Part shown: piece by piece, positions 36,049-44,682 of the stretch
How positions within the stretch are numbered: the first letter of the stretch is position 1
Layout of the letters: every line of letters begins with the position of its first letter
Virus record (IMG/VR): IMGVR_UViG_3300029790_000003
DNA: 64,000 nt
From: a virus
Strand: one strand, 5' to 3'
Translations under genes and position numbers: made by a program
Notes under the pieces: generated by a model
What the model saw: only the letters and a program-made list of their open reading frames with translations
What the model was told of the DNA's origin: nothing
The model's database searches: none

Positions 36049-36564
36049 TTATTCTGCAAAAATCCAATCCTCTGCTAACATATCTGCTTGAGATGCAAAC
36101 CATCCCATCTGTACGCCAGATGTTCCGACAAAAGCAATGGCTTTGTTTCCGATTGCATCATGTTCACAATTTACAATTTCATTATCAGCAGTCTTATATG
36201 AAATTCCAGTGGCAATCTGAATGTACTGTTTCTTTCCATTCCAGCCTTTACGAGACACTTTAAGTCCTCTTTTCAGATAACGGATAGCGTCACCAAATCC
36301 AAATGTTGACTGACCACCAAGAACACCACAGTTATTCTCATCAGCAATCATCCAGTCATCTCGCTGTGTGTGCATGAAAGTATATTCTACTCTCTGTGTT
36401 TCACGGATATCGAGAACTGCTCCCTGGCCTTGATCGGAATCTTTTGGTCTGCAATGAATCATAATCGTCTGTTTTTCATCGTCCCAACACCGGTAACCAT
36501 TCCATCCTGGAAGTTTCACTTTTGCTCCCTGTTTCATAAGTTTTAATGCTTCTGAAAATTTCAT
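36049..36564 (-). CDS. Tandem DUF2829-domain protein (171 aa)
   Basis: Start moved to MKFSEALKLMKQG (RBS AAAGGAGGA); two M.F.EAL..K.G.KV.R.GW-type modules. Confidence 0.55.
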   Translation of the reverse strand: MKFSEALKLMKQGAKVKLPGWNGYRCWDDEKQTIMIHCRPKDSDQGQGAVLDIRETQRVEYTFMHTQRDDWMIADENNCGVLGGQSTFGFGDAIRYLKRGLKVSRKGWNGKKQYIQIATGISYKTADNEIVNCEHDAIGNKAIAFVGTSGVQMGWFASQADMLAEDWIFAE

Positions 36565-36578
36565 TTCTATATCCTCCT

Positions 36579-36773
36579 TTACCTCGTGCAAATTAAGAAA
36601 ATATTCAGTGCGAAACATATTTCTAAACAAATACAGAATAAAATCTGTATTACGCTTGTCTTTCCTTCTTCGTCCAGTATGGCTAAAGTACCGGCAAGAA
36701 CCAGAACGAAAAATGCAAGATTTACAGCTGTTCCGATTACATTAAGTGCATTCATTTTCTTTTTCCTCCCCAA
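36579..36773 (-). CDS. Small membrane protein (64 aa)
   Basis: Hydrophobic ORF. Confidence 0.35.
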   Translation of the reverse strand: MGRKKKMNALNVIGTAVNLAFFVLVLAGTLAILDEEGKTSVIQILFCICLEICFALNIFLICTR

Positions 36774-37140
36774 TTAATAAGTCCAGAATTTTTTCTGCAA
36801 TCTCTTCCTCTGGCTCAAATGGCATTCCACAGTAATTGTATGATTCTAAAGCCGATTTTAGGCTTGCTTTGAATCCATTGTAAATTTCTCCATGCTGTAG
36901 TAATTCGTGCCTTAAAACCAAAATTGCATCAGTAATTGATTGAGAAGTGACACTAATTTTTGCCAAGCACTCCATTTCAATGTCTGGAATAGTCATCATT
37001 TCAAACTCAAATACTGGAATTTCATCTACTGCGGTATGGAAATTTACTGATCTTACTCTTGGAACTTCATTTCCATCAATAAAACATTTTATGCCAAGCC
37101 AATCATAGGGGTTTGGGTTTGTGATCTTCACTATCGGCAT
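36742..37140 (-). CDS. Hypothetical protein (132 aa)
   Basis: Start moved to MPIVKI (RBS GAAAGGGG). Confidence 0.45.
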   Translation of the reverse strand: MPIVKITNPNPYDWLGIKCFIDGNEVPRVRSVNFHTAVDEIPVFEFEMMTIPDIEMECLAKISVTSQSITDAILVLRHELLQHGEIYNGFKASLKSALESYNYCGMPFEPEEEIAEKILDLLIGEEKENECT

Positions 37141-37519
37141 CTTCGTACCCCTTTCTTTTAGTTTCACAGTAGAGAAGAAGGTGTTTCGCAATCTCTTCCA
37201 ACTGTAGAATGTTGTATTTTGGAATTTCCCATGTTTTCTGCTCCAATAATGGAGAAAGTGGAATTTTCTCAGTTGGTAGTTCGCAAGTTACTGTGGCATT
37301 GATAATCATGGACGCTACATCAATGGGAGATTCTGGAAAACTATCCTTATTATCACTTATTGGTGCATCAGGCATGAATAACTTTTTCCATTCTCCGTTT
37401 CCATTTGAAAATAATTCTCCGTTTTGCAATTTAAGTGTTCTAATAGCTTCTCTTGGAATATCTTCTTCTTTTTCACATTTACAAATATCATTCCCAATTA
37501 TGTATAAAAAACAATTCAT
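37103..37519 (-). CDS. Hypothetical protein (138 aa)
   Basis: ORF only. Confidence 0.45.
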   Translation of the reverse strand: MNCFLYIIGNDICKCEKEEDIPREAIRTLKLQNGELFSNGNGEWKKLFMPDAPISDNKDSFPESPIDVASMIINATVTCELPTEKIPLSPLLEQKTWEIPKYNILQLEEIAKHLLLYCETKRKGYEDADSEDHKPKPL

Positions 37520-37944
37520 CCTTCTTCCGCCTCCCCGAAATATTTCTTGTAAAGCTTATGGTTGTAATACCACAGATGTTGCATCACAAAAATTTTATCA
37601 ATACATTCCAAACCATAATACATCACTCTGTACTCGGCGGTTCTGTCTCCATTTTTATCAGCGCTATAACCAGCTAATTTAGATTTTGATTTTGCGCCAA
37701 ACCATCTACCGTTCTTTGTAACAAACAAAGAAAGATTACCGTATTCGCAAACATATGTGACAGTTTGAGTATCATACAATCTGCCATCAGCTAATATTGC
37801 TTTTGCGTGAATTGGCTTTACAAGTTTCCGAATTGCCGGGGATTCCTTTCCAACATTTTCATATGCTTGGTTTGTTTCGGAAACGCCTTTTTTATTTTTT
37901 GAGAAAAATTTAAGCACGTCTTTTCCTCCCAAAATATTCATCAA
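37516..37944 (-). CDS. Hypothetical protein (142 aa)
   Basis: ORF only. Confidence 0.45.
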   Translation of the reverse strand: MMNILGGKDVLKFFSKNKKGVSETNQAYENVGKESPAIRKLVKPIHAKAILADGRLYDTQTVTYVCEYGNLSLFVTKNGRWFGAKSKSKLAGYSADKNGDRTAEYRVMYYGLECIDKIFVMQHLWYYNHKLYKKYFGEAEEG

Positions 37945-38071
37945 CTGCCTGTCTTACAATGTCCGATACGCTCCTGTCTGTTCGGTTCTTCTCTTCCATG
38001 AGCCTTTTTTTCTGTTTTTCGGAAAATCGGATACGGATGGATTCGGATTGCGGGTTTTGTTTCATGAGCAT
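37910..38071 (-). CDS. Ribbon-helix-helix (CopG/Arc-like) protein, 53 aa; below the ORF-track cutoff
   Basis: ATG at 38071 with RBS GAGGTAAAT; MLMKQNPQSESIRIRFSEKQKKRLMEEKNRTDRSVSDIVRQAVDEYF is a classic RHH pattern. Confidence 0.5.
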   Translation of the reverse strand: MLMKQNPQSESIRIRFSEKQKKRLMEEKNRTDRSVSDIVRQAVDEYFGRKRRA

Positions 38072-38076
38072 TTACC

Positions 38077-38541
38077 TCAACTTACAATTTCAATTGGATA
38101 TCCTAAGTATGCTTCTAACTCTGAAACAGTCAGTTTGCGTGGTTTCTTTATTTCAACATAAGCACGCTGTATGATATTGTCTTTTGTCTTTGCGATTGCC
38201 TTTCCAGTATAACTTTCAAGCTCTTCGTTTGCATATACATTCAAATGTTCATATCCATATGCCCGGCACCATCTTGCAGCTGAATCAACAATTTTTCTTA
38301 GCTCTTCTTGCTCATCACCAAACAACTCCGAATATCTAACCGCTTTGTTGAAATCACTCGAACTTACTTCATAAGGAGCCACAACATGTTTATATGGACT
38401 TCCAATAAAATGAAAGTATCTATGTGATTCCATTGCTTTTTGGCCTTTTGGTAAGTTGAATCCTTGAGCTATTGCTTTTTTTAAGCAACTGTTCTGATTC
38501 AACATTGTTTTCTGTAACAATACACTTGTTTGTAAAATCAA
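38077..38541 (-). CDS. Hypothetical protein (154 aa)
   Basis: ORF with a 4-nt overlap to the resolvase gene. Confidence 0.45.
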   Translation of the reverse strand: MILQTSVLLQKTMLNQNSCLKKAIAQGFNLPKGQKAMESHRYFHFIGSPYKHVVAPYEVSSSDFNKAVRYSELFGDEQEELRKIVDSAARWCRAYGYEHLNVYANEELESYTGKAIAKTKDNIIQRAYVEIKKPRKLTVSELEAYLGYPIEIVS

Positions 38542-39128
38542 TCATCTTTATCCCCCTCTAAAAGTTTATATAACGTACTTCTTGAAACTCCTATAATATT
38601 GGCAAATTGTACCTTTGTTATTTCCCCTCTTTGCCAGCTACGTTTAGTTTCGTTGAAAAGTTCCTTATCTATCTCTTTTTTGGCACGACCTTTATATTTG
38701 CCCTTGGCTTTTGCAATTAAAATACCTTCTTTTTGTCGCTGACGAATATTTTCCCTTTCTCTTTGTGCTACATATGAGAGAAGCTGCAAAACTATGTCTG
38801 CGATCAATGTTCCTGTCAAGTCTTTATTTTGCGTAGTATTAAGTAACGGCATATCCTGTACAATAATATCTGCTTCAATCTCTTTTGTGATTCTTCTCCA
38901 TTCAGCAATAATCTCTTCGTAGTTTCTTCCAAGACGGTCAATTGAATGGATTACCAGAATGTCACCTTTTTGAAGAGAAGCAATCATTTTCTGGTACTCT
39001 GGACGATTGAAGTCTTTCCCAGATTTTTTATCCATATAAATTCTTTCAACACCATCTGCTTTCATTGCTTCAATTTGTCTCGCTTCATTTTGCTCTACTG
39101 TTGAAACTCTTACATATCCTACTTTCAT
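38538..39128 (-). CDS. Small serine recombinase (resolvase/invertase family, 196 aa)
   Basis: Start MKVGYVRVSTVEQ (RBS CAGGAGCG); catalytic Ser motif; C-terminal HTH (IIGVSRSTLYKLL). Confidence 0.85.
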   Translation of the reverse strand: MKVGYVRVSTVEQNEARQIEAMKADGVERIYMDKKSGKDFNRPEYQKMIASLQKGDILVIHSIDRLGRNYEEIIAEWRRITKEIEADIIVQDMPLLNTTQNKDLTGTLIADIVLQLLSYVAQRERENIRQRQKEGILIAKAKGKYKGRAKKEIDKELFNETKRSWQRGEITKVQFANIIGVSRSTLYKLLEGDKDD

Positions 39129-39158
39129 ATATACACGCTCCTGTTTCTTTATAAAACA

Positions 39159-39187
39159 ATTATACACTATAATGTGTGTGTTTTCAA
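39159..39187 (-). promoter_or_regulatory. Sigma-70-type promoter for the resolvase gene (TTGAAA-17-TATAAT)
   Basis: Minus-strand -35 at 39182-39187, -10 at 39159-39164, 17-nt spacer. Confidence 0.6.
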
Positions 39188-39217
39188 TAGCAAATTACAC
39201 GTTTAAGTGAATTTTAA

Positions 39218-39246
39218 TTGATTTTTATAACATTTGCGTTTATTAT
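39218..39246 (+). promoter_or_regulatory. Sigma-70-type promoter for the plus-strand HTH gene (TTGATT-17-TATTAT)
   Basis: Divergent from the resolvase promoter; 20 nt upstream of RBS AGGAGGTG. Confidence 0.55.
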
Positions 39247-39265
39247 GTAAGTAGGAGGTGTTTAT

Positions 39266-39499
39266 ATGGTATCTCAAAAAATTAAACAAATAATGAAAAT
39301 GAAAAAAATTACAAATATTCAAGTTGCTGAACATCTAGGAACTTCACCACAAGCACTAGCTAACAAGTTTTCCAGAGAAACGCTTTCTGCATATGAGCTT
39401 ATAGCCATCCTTGACTTTCTTGGTTGTCAAATTTCTGTTGAAGCATTTCCAGATATCATAGTAAAATTTAATAGCAATGATCTGAAAAGAGAGCCTTAA
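39266..39499 (+). CDS. XRE/Cro-like HTH transcriptional regulator (77 aa)
   Basis: ITNIQVAEHLGTSPQALANKFS HTH. Confidence 0.6.
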   Translation: MVSQKIKQIMKMKKITNIQVAEHLGTSPQALANKFSRETLSAYELIAILDFLGCQISVEAFPDIIVKFNSNDLKREP

Positions 39500-39522
39500 T
39501 GGTTCTCTTTTTTATGCTCTAA

Positions 39523-39705
39523 TTAATCCCTGTCCCTCTTCTCTGCTATCCTGTCTATGATCTGAATAATTTCTTGTTTCTGAGCTTCTGACAATTCTTT
39601 TCTGAGCTTCCTGCTGAAATTACCATCATTGATATGTAACACCTCTGCGATCTGCCATAAGCGAACGCCTTTTGACTTTGCGTAATTCTTGATATCTTGA
39701 TTCAT
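39523..39705 (-). CDS. Small HTH DNA-binding protein (60 aa)
   Basis: VRLWQIAEVLHINDGNFSRKLR HTH. Confidence 0.5.
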   Translation of the reverse strand: MNQDIKNYAKSKGVRLWQIAEVLHINDGNFSRKLRKELSEAQKQEIIQIIDRIAEKRDRD

Positions 39706-39903
39706 GTTTTACACTTTCCTTTCTTGGTGTTGCCTTATTTAGTGTTAGCAGAGAAACAGTTAAGGATTACTGCTTTCGTGTTGCAATCACTATCATTGCT
39801 GTATAAGGAGAGCTTTTTTTATTTTTTTCGATGGTTGAGGTGGTGACTACCGCTGACTAGGGCTTTATATATACCCCCTCCCCGATATCCATGACGGACG
39901 CTA

Positions 39904-39943
39904 CCAGGGAAGCCCGCCGCCCCATGGGTTCCCGCTTCCCTGG
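39904..39943. other. GC-rich 40-bp element: perfect 10-bp inverted repeat (CCAGGGAAGC/GCTTCCCTGG) around a 20-bp spacer containing CCCATGGG; flanked by direct repeats CGCTGAC
   Basis: Read directly from the sequence; GC-rich island in AT-rich DNA; no T-run. Confidence 0.5.
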
Positions 39944-40128
39944 TTTAACGCTGACCTTTAAGGGCCTGCGGCAGTAATCAAGGGAATGCTATGCAAAATC
40001 TATTGTAATATTGCACAAAAAACAGTGTTTTATAAAATGTCTTTTTAGGGTGTACCCTATTTGCACATTGCGTATTACTAGATATAGAATCCGTTTCTTC
40101 GCAATCACAACATATAGTGTTTTTACTG

Positions 40129-40719
40129 TTATAGCTCCGGTTTTTCCATCTCTGGAAGCTCCAGCGCCGCTTTGTGCTTCTCCGCGATCTGCTGGGCGGT
40201 CTGCTGTGGTACGCCGTATTGCTGCGCGGCTTGCACTGGTGCAGTTTCTGCCATGCCGTATGCGGCTTTTGCAACAAATATCAAATTCGCATTTGTTCCG
40301 GTCTGGTTATGCAATCTATTGATTGCACAGTTTTTGCAAATATCAAACCATTTTTTAGCCGTGTCACCATGTGACGAGTTTGTTCTATACACTCCATTCA
40401 TCCAATCAGTAAACGTTGTACGATTAATCCCAACTAAAAAGCTAAATACTTCTAAAGTTGGTAATACATGATATTTACTACATAATCTCACATAAGTATT
40501 AAACATTTTATCTAATAGCTCTATATTGTCATTACTTGGCTTTTGTATATGATCTGCAATATAAAAAATCATATCTACAAAGCTATCTGATACTTCTTTC
40601 TTATAGTTTTCGTTATCTGGTGATATACATAATACAGTATTTATATACTCATCAGCATATATATTAATATTATCTAAATAGATATCTACGTCTTGTATAT
40701 TTACCGTATTATCTTTCAT
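40129..40719 (-). CDS. Hypothetical HTH-containing protein (196 aa)
   Basis: RBS GAGGTGA; possible HTH LEVFSFLVGINRTTFTDW; Q/A-rich C-terminus. Confidence 0.5.
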   Translation of the reverse strand: MKDNTVNIQDVDIYLDNINIYADEYINTVLCISPDNENYKKEVSDSFVDMIFYIADHIQKPSNDNIELLDKMFNTYVRLCSKYHVLPTLEVFSFLVGINRTTFTDWMNGVYRTNSSHGDTAKKWFDICKNCAINRLHNQTGTNANLIFVAKAAYGMAETAPVQAAQQYGVPQQTAQQIAEKHKAALELPEMEKPEL

Positions 40720-40751
40720 ATTATCACCTCACTTTAACACGTTAATTTGTA

Positions 40752-40822
40752 AATAAAAAAAGAGAATGTCACCGGGTAAAGCTTATTCCCGGAAAATTTC
40801 CGGGTGTTCGGGTACATTCTCT
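40752..40822 (-). terminator. Rho-independent terminator (long hairpin plus TTTTTTTATTT)
   Basis: AGAGAATGT...ACATTCTCT stem with internal CCGGG pairing, T-run on the minus strand. Confidence 0.55.
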
Positions 40823-41425
40823 AAAACTCAAAATAAAATATTCTGTTTTCTTTGTTGCTGATACCTTAGCACAGTTTTTAATATCTTGTCAAATTTAATT
40901 TTGCATAAAATAAAGCCCTTTATTTTGTCAGTAATTAATAAATAATATTTGTGGTATTATATTATAATCTTCATTTATATTTATATTATATATATTATTA
41001 TACGGTACTGTATAGCATATCTTTTAATAAACTCCAGCTTTAGGAATCTAGGAAGGGCAGAGAATAATTATATAATTATATATAATATAAGGGCGGCTAC
41101 ATTTTCGCAGATTTGCATAATAAAAGCCAGACCTTCCAGGAGTTTCTATCCGGCGTGATCTGGCTTGTTATGCGTGTTGTTTAATTAACGATTCTGTGTA
41201 CTTTCAGCCTCTGCCCTTCCTGAGTTCCGTCAGCTCTCGTTATCTGATAGCCTAAAGAAGTTTTAGAAAAATGTCAAGCGGTATTTTAAAAATATTTTTC
41301 TTGACAATTTGCCAAAAGCTGTGTTATTAAAATATTAACAGGCTCGGCGGCGGTCTGTACTCTGTCCATAGCCGCCACAAATAAGCATATTAAAAGCCCC
41401 TGGATAATTTCCTAGGGCTTTATTT

Positions 41426-41596
41426 TTATTCTTCCTCTTCTTCCTCTAACCATATTTGACACTGCTTGCCGTCCTCTTCGTAGCTGATAGCTTCACCAGC
41501 TTCCAGGCGTTCCCGCCAGTCCTCCGGGTAATTCTCCGGTCTGTAAATACAGTTTCCCGGAAGGAATTGATTTCCGCGCATTTCATTTATTTTCAT
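41426..41596 (-). CDS. Small acidic protein (56 aa), below the ORF-track cutoff
   Basis: RBS GGAGGGAAAAT then ATG at 41596; MKINEMRGNQFLPG...EEEEEE. Confidence 0.35.
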   Translation of the reverse strand: MKINEMRGNQFLPGNCIYRPENYPEDWRERLEAGEAISYEEDGKQCQIWLEEEEEE

Positions 41597-41642
41597 ATTT
41601 TCCCTCCTGTCCGCCCTCCTGGGGCTGTGTGGTTGTTTTTCT

Positions 41643-42185
41643 TTAACTGTCCATTCTATGCAATATTTGATATTTTAGCATAGATATTAATGTTCTGTAT
41701 TCTTCTGGTTTTTCGCACACTATTATCAAAGTATTTACAATTTCATAATCTGTCATTTTTTCAATATCTGAAAATTCTAACTTTTTATAACTTTTTTCTC
41801 TTGCCTTTTTGCACTTCAACAATTCGTTTTTACCATAAAAACCAGTAGAAACAGGCTTGCAAAATTCGTTATTATAACCATGATAAGCATTATATTTTTT
41901 TATAAATCCTTCTTCTGCTTCTCTCAGATCATAATCTGTTATTGTAAAATCTGGAAAAGTTTTAAGAACTATAAATTCAAAATTTTCCAAATCTTCAAAC
42001 GTTTTCAAGTCTTCATCCATTTTTAAATTTGAGCCTTGCAGCTTTTCCATGTTTCGCTGATGCGTTTTTAATCTGGTTTTAACATTCACGCTAGAGCCTA
42101 TGTAATACTTATCATTTTTCTTATTGTGAATTGCATAAACTCCAACCGCTTCGACATCTGGCACCTCGATAATATGTTTTTTCAT
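41643..42185 (-). CDS. GIY-YIG homing endonuclease (180 aa)
   Basis: GVYAIHNKKNDKYYIGSSVNVKTRLKTHQ matches the GIY-YIG motif. Confidence 0.7.
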   Translation of the reverse strand: MKKHIIEVPDVEAVGVYAIHNKKNDKYYIGSSVNVKTRLKTHQRNMEKLQGSNLKMDEDLKTFEDLENFEFIVLKTFPDFTITDYDLREAEEGFIKKYNAYHGYNNEFCKPVSTGFYGKNELLKCKKAREKSYKKLEFSDIEKMTDYEIVNTLIIVCEKPEEYRTLISMLKYQILHRMDS

Positions 42186-42225
42186 TCTGCAACCACTTCC
42201 TTTCTATGGTTACAGTATATATTAT

Positions 42226-42608
42226 TAGTGCTTAATTGTCAATAGTGATCTGTGCTTAATTTACATTTTTTTCATTCTATCCATTTTATCAAGTTCTGCA
42301 AGAATTAATTCCCTTGCGAACGCGTTTGTTTTTAATCCATATGCGTTTATTCTGTCGAGCGTTCCCTGCGGTAAGATCACATTTATTCTATCCTTATTTT
42401 TCATACATTTCTTTACTGCTTCTCTATTTTTTACTGCTTTTTCTTCTGCTGTTAATTCTGCCATGTTTATTCCTCCTTTATTTTTCTTCATTATAATATG
42501 TGCGTGCTTAATTGTCAATAATTTTAGTGCTTAATCATAATGCACAATTTGCCGCAAATAATTAGTGCTTAATTTATTTATTATGCCAATTGCTATTAGT
42601 GCTTAATT
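42226..42608 (+). repeat. Six direct copies of (TA)GTGCTTAAT(T) flanking the RHH gene (putative operator/iterons)
   Basis: Copies at 42226, 42252, 42504, 42526, 42563 and 42597; 16-mer GTGCTTAATTGTCAATA occurs twice. Confidence 0.65.
42261..42464 (-). CDS. Ribbon-helix-helix DNA-binding protein (67 aa)
   Basis: Start MAELTAEE (RBS AAGGAGGA); ..DRINVILPQGTLDRINAY.. RHH-like. Confidence 0.55.
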   Translation of the reverse strand: MAELTAEEKAVKNREAVKKCMKNKDRINVILPQGTLDRINAYGLKTNAFARELILAELDKMDRMKKM

Positions 42609-42831
42609 AGTGTATTATATAACCATCAACAGAGAACAAAAGAAACAAACAACCGGAACCGCCCGAACCACTCAACACAATGAGGACATAGGAACCGGCA
42701 CCGATTAATTGAAAAATTCTAGTTCTTGGACAAAACAAAAAAGCTGGCTGCATCCTACCAAGACGAACAGCCAGCACCAAACTAAAAAAAGAAAGGCAAC
42801 CCCATTATAACAGGGGTGAGGGTAAAAAACA

Positions 42832-43110
42832 ATGAAAAAAATCGAAACATTAGTAATCAGAGGTCGTAGATGGTTTCAGAAATTATACGGAAACACTTAT
42901 CACACAGTAACGGTTGTTGTAAATGGCCATGTTTTAAAAAGTAATATTCAATACGGTTATGGCACTCAGTACCTTGTTACTGCCGCCGATCTTCTCCGTG
43001 AAAATGGATATGATATTCCAGAAAATAACCTGGAAGCATTGAGAACTTTAAAAGAACTTTCCGAAAATGATTATGAGGTCGTTGACGTTCCGAGAAAAAA
43101 AGATTTATAG
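42832..43110 (+). CDS. Hypothetical protein (92 aa)
   Basis: First gene of a 5-6 gene plus-strand operon. Confidence 0.5.
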   Translation: MKKIETLVIRGRRWFQKLYGNTYHTVTVVVNGHVLKSNIQYGYGTQYLVTAADLLRENGYDIPENNLEALRTLKELSENDYEVVDVPRKKDL

Positions 43111-43121
43111 GAGGTATAACC

Positions 43122-43484
43122 GTGAATAACAAGTATTTAAATTTCCTTAACTGGGCAGTATTTACAATGATAGATAGAAAAACACAGGACGATCACAAGA
43201 GCAAGATTCAAGTTTGCGGATTATTCCGCAGCCCGGTTTTAGCTGAGGAAAGTTTTTTACCTAATTTGCCAAACCCGGAAGTTAAACGGTATCTGCTCCA
43301 TGTGGACGATCTGGAGCGGTTCGAAGAGTTTTATAATTTCATCCAGGATCTTAACGAGAAATACGGTGATTACGCAATATTTCATGTTAAAGATGGAAAT
43401 TTCACAGTTGACGAAGAAAACAAATTCCGCTATATGCTTCATATTTGGACAGATACAAAAATTAGAGGGGTTGACATGTTTTGA
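43122..43484 (+). CDS. Hypothetical protein (120 aa)
   Basis: RBS AGGAGGT then GTG/ATG. Confidence 0.5.
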   Translation: MNNKYLNFLNWAVFTMIDRKTQDDHKSKIQVCGLFRSPVLAEESFLPNLPNPEVKRYLLHVDDLERFEEFYNFIQDLNEKYGDYAIFHVKDGNFTVDEENKFRYMLHIWTDTKIRGVDMF

Positions 43485-43684
43485 AAATTAACGCATTTAC
43501 TTTAGTGTCCGATTTACCAGAGCACATTAAACAGAAGATTTTACAGGAAGCACGGCAGACTTTTGAGGGTTTGTCTTATCCTGTGGATATCCAAGAGGAG
43601 ATTGAGACAGTGAAAAATTCTAAAATGTGTGATATTGAATGCACGGTTGATGTGCAGAAGTATTATACAGAACGTGTCAAATAG
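43481..43684 (+). CDS. Hypothetical protein (67 aa)
   Basis: ORF with a 4-nt overlap. Confidence 0.4.
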   Translation: MKINAFTLVSDLPEHIKQKILQEARQTFEGLSYPVDIQEEIETVKNSKMCDIECTVDVQKYYTERVK

Positions 43685-43700
43685 AAAGGAGAGCGAAGGC

Positions 43701-43964
43701 ATGGGAAATAACTATATTATTCATTTGCAAACCGGAAATAGAATAATTACAGAAGAAGAAGCGATAGCTAACGCAGAAGAGCAGAAAGCTAAAGGAATAA
43801 AACCGCATTATGTGCTTTTTGACGGTGATAAAAAGGAAAAGCTTTCAAATCCCGGCTGGCTGATCTGGTCAACTTGGGAAGATGGTGCAGGCGTTGTGGT
43901 TCCTCGCGATGACGGAAAGCTTGTTTTACTTACTGGCTGGCAGTCTAATTTAGCATACTGTTAG
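43701..43964 (+). CDS. Hypothetical protein (87 aa)
   Basis: Start moved to MGNNYII (RBS AAGGAGAG). Confidence 0.45.
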   Translation: MGNNYIIHLQTGNRIITEEEAIANAEEQKAKGIKPHYVLFDGDKKEKLSNPGWLIWSTWEDGAGVVVPRDDGKLVLLTGWQSNLAYC

Positions 43965-43980
43965 GCGTGATGATCTTCTG

Positions 43981-44010
43981 CCCGGTTCGATTCCGGGGCG
44001 CGTCTTTTTA
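43981..44010 (+). terminator. Terminator hairpin that mimics a tRNA T-arm plus acceptor 3' end (CCCGGTTCGATTCCGGGGCGCGTC then TTTTTA)
   Basis: GGTTCGATTCC T-loop consensus within a 5-bp stem; no 5' half of a tRNA upstream. Confidence 0.5.
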
Positions 44011-44033
44011 TCAAAATTATGGAGGTTAAAAGA

Positions 44034-44234
44034 ATGAAAAACTATAATGTATATTATTCTGGAGGATCAAAAATAACAATAGTAAAAGCAAGTTGTGTTA
44101 TAAAAGCTTGCAAAGCCTTTATGGAACAATTTAATAAGCCTTACAAAATAGAAAAATATGGTTATGATTATGCAGCTATCAGATTTTGTGATAATTACTC
44201 TATATGCAGTGATTATGTAGTGATTTCAGAATGA
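44034..44234 (+). CDS. Hypothetical protein (66 aa)
   Basis: RBS GGAGG then ATG at 44034. Confidence 0.4.
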   Translation: MKNYNVYYSGGSKITIVKASCVIKACKAFMEQFNKPYKIEKYGYDYAAIRFCDNYSICSDYVVISE

Positions 44235-44434
44235 TTTTATTATTTCCTGGCTCCCAGGGTGAAGGGAAGAAAGAAAAAAATATGGACTTAATGCAAATAA
44301 TAAGTTATATACGTGAAAAACATTTGGAAGCTGAGTTTAATAAATTTAGAAATTATCGGTGCATTTCTAGTGTAGAACCTATAGAAACAACATTAATTCT
44401 ATTTTATAAAAATCAAAAAGCATCATCGAAATAG
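44231..44434 (+). CDS. Hypothetical protein (67 aa)
   Basis: ORF only. Confidence 0.35.
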   Translation: MILLFPGSQGEGKKEKNMDLMQIISYIREKHLEAEFNKFRNYRCISSVEPIETTLILFYKNQKASSK

Positions 44435-44466
44435 ATTTCCACCGCTTACCAGCTACCAGGCTGGCG

Positions 44467-44496
44467 GCACGTTCACGGCGTGCAAGCGGTTTTTTT
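44467..44496 (+). terminator. Rho-independent terminator ending the plus-strand operon
   Basis: GCACG-TTCACGG-CGTGC then AAGCGGTTTTTTT. Confidence 0.6.
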
Positions 44497-44653
44497 GGCA
44501 TTCTGTCAGTAGTACCTTGGCAATTTAATAGCACAAGTCAGCAAATAAGCAAGCTATTTAAGCCGCAAATGGCTTTTAATGCTGTTAATGGGGATTTATG
44601 CCACTATTGCATTATAAGCCGTTTATGAGCCTTTAAATGCGTTACATGGTTTA

Positions 44654-44682
44654 TTGACTGTCTGCGGCTATGGGTGTATAAT
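44654..44682 (+). promoter_or_regulatory. Near-consensus sigma-70 promoter (TTGACT-17-TATAAT) firing into an ORF-free region
   Basis: -35 at 44654-44659 and -10 at 44677-44682 with exact 17-nt spacing. Confidence 0.55.

Noticed and set aside
39266-39705. CI-type repressor with S24 peptidase
   Set aside because: Both HTH proteins are only 60-77 aa with no LexA/S24-like C-terminal domain; the LexA-like wing-helix protein at 58022..58321 also lacks a peptidase domain.
41456-41683. 75-aa plus-strand ORF
   Set aside because: The opposite strand carries a better-supported small ORF (41426..41596) with a strong RBS in the orientation of all neighbouring genes.
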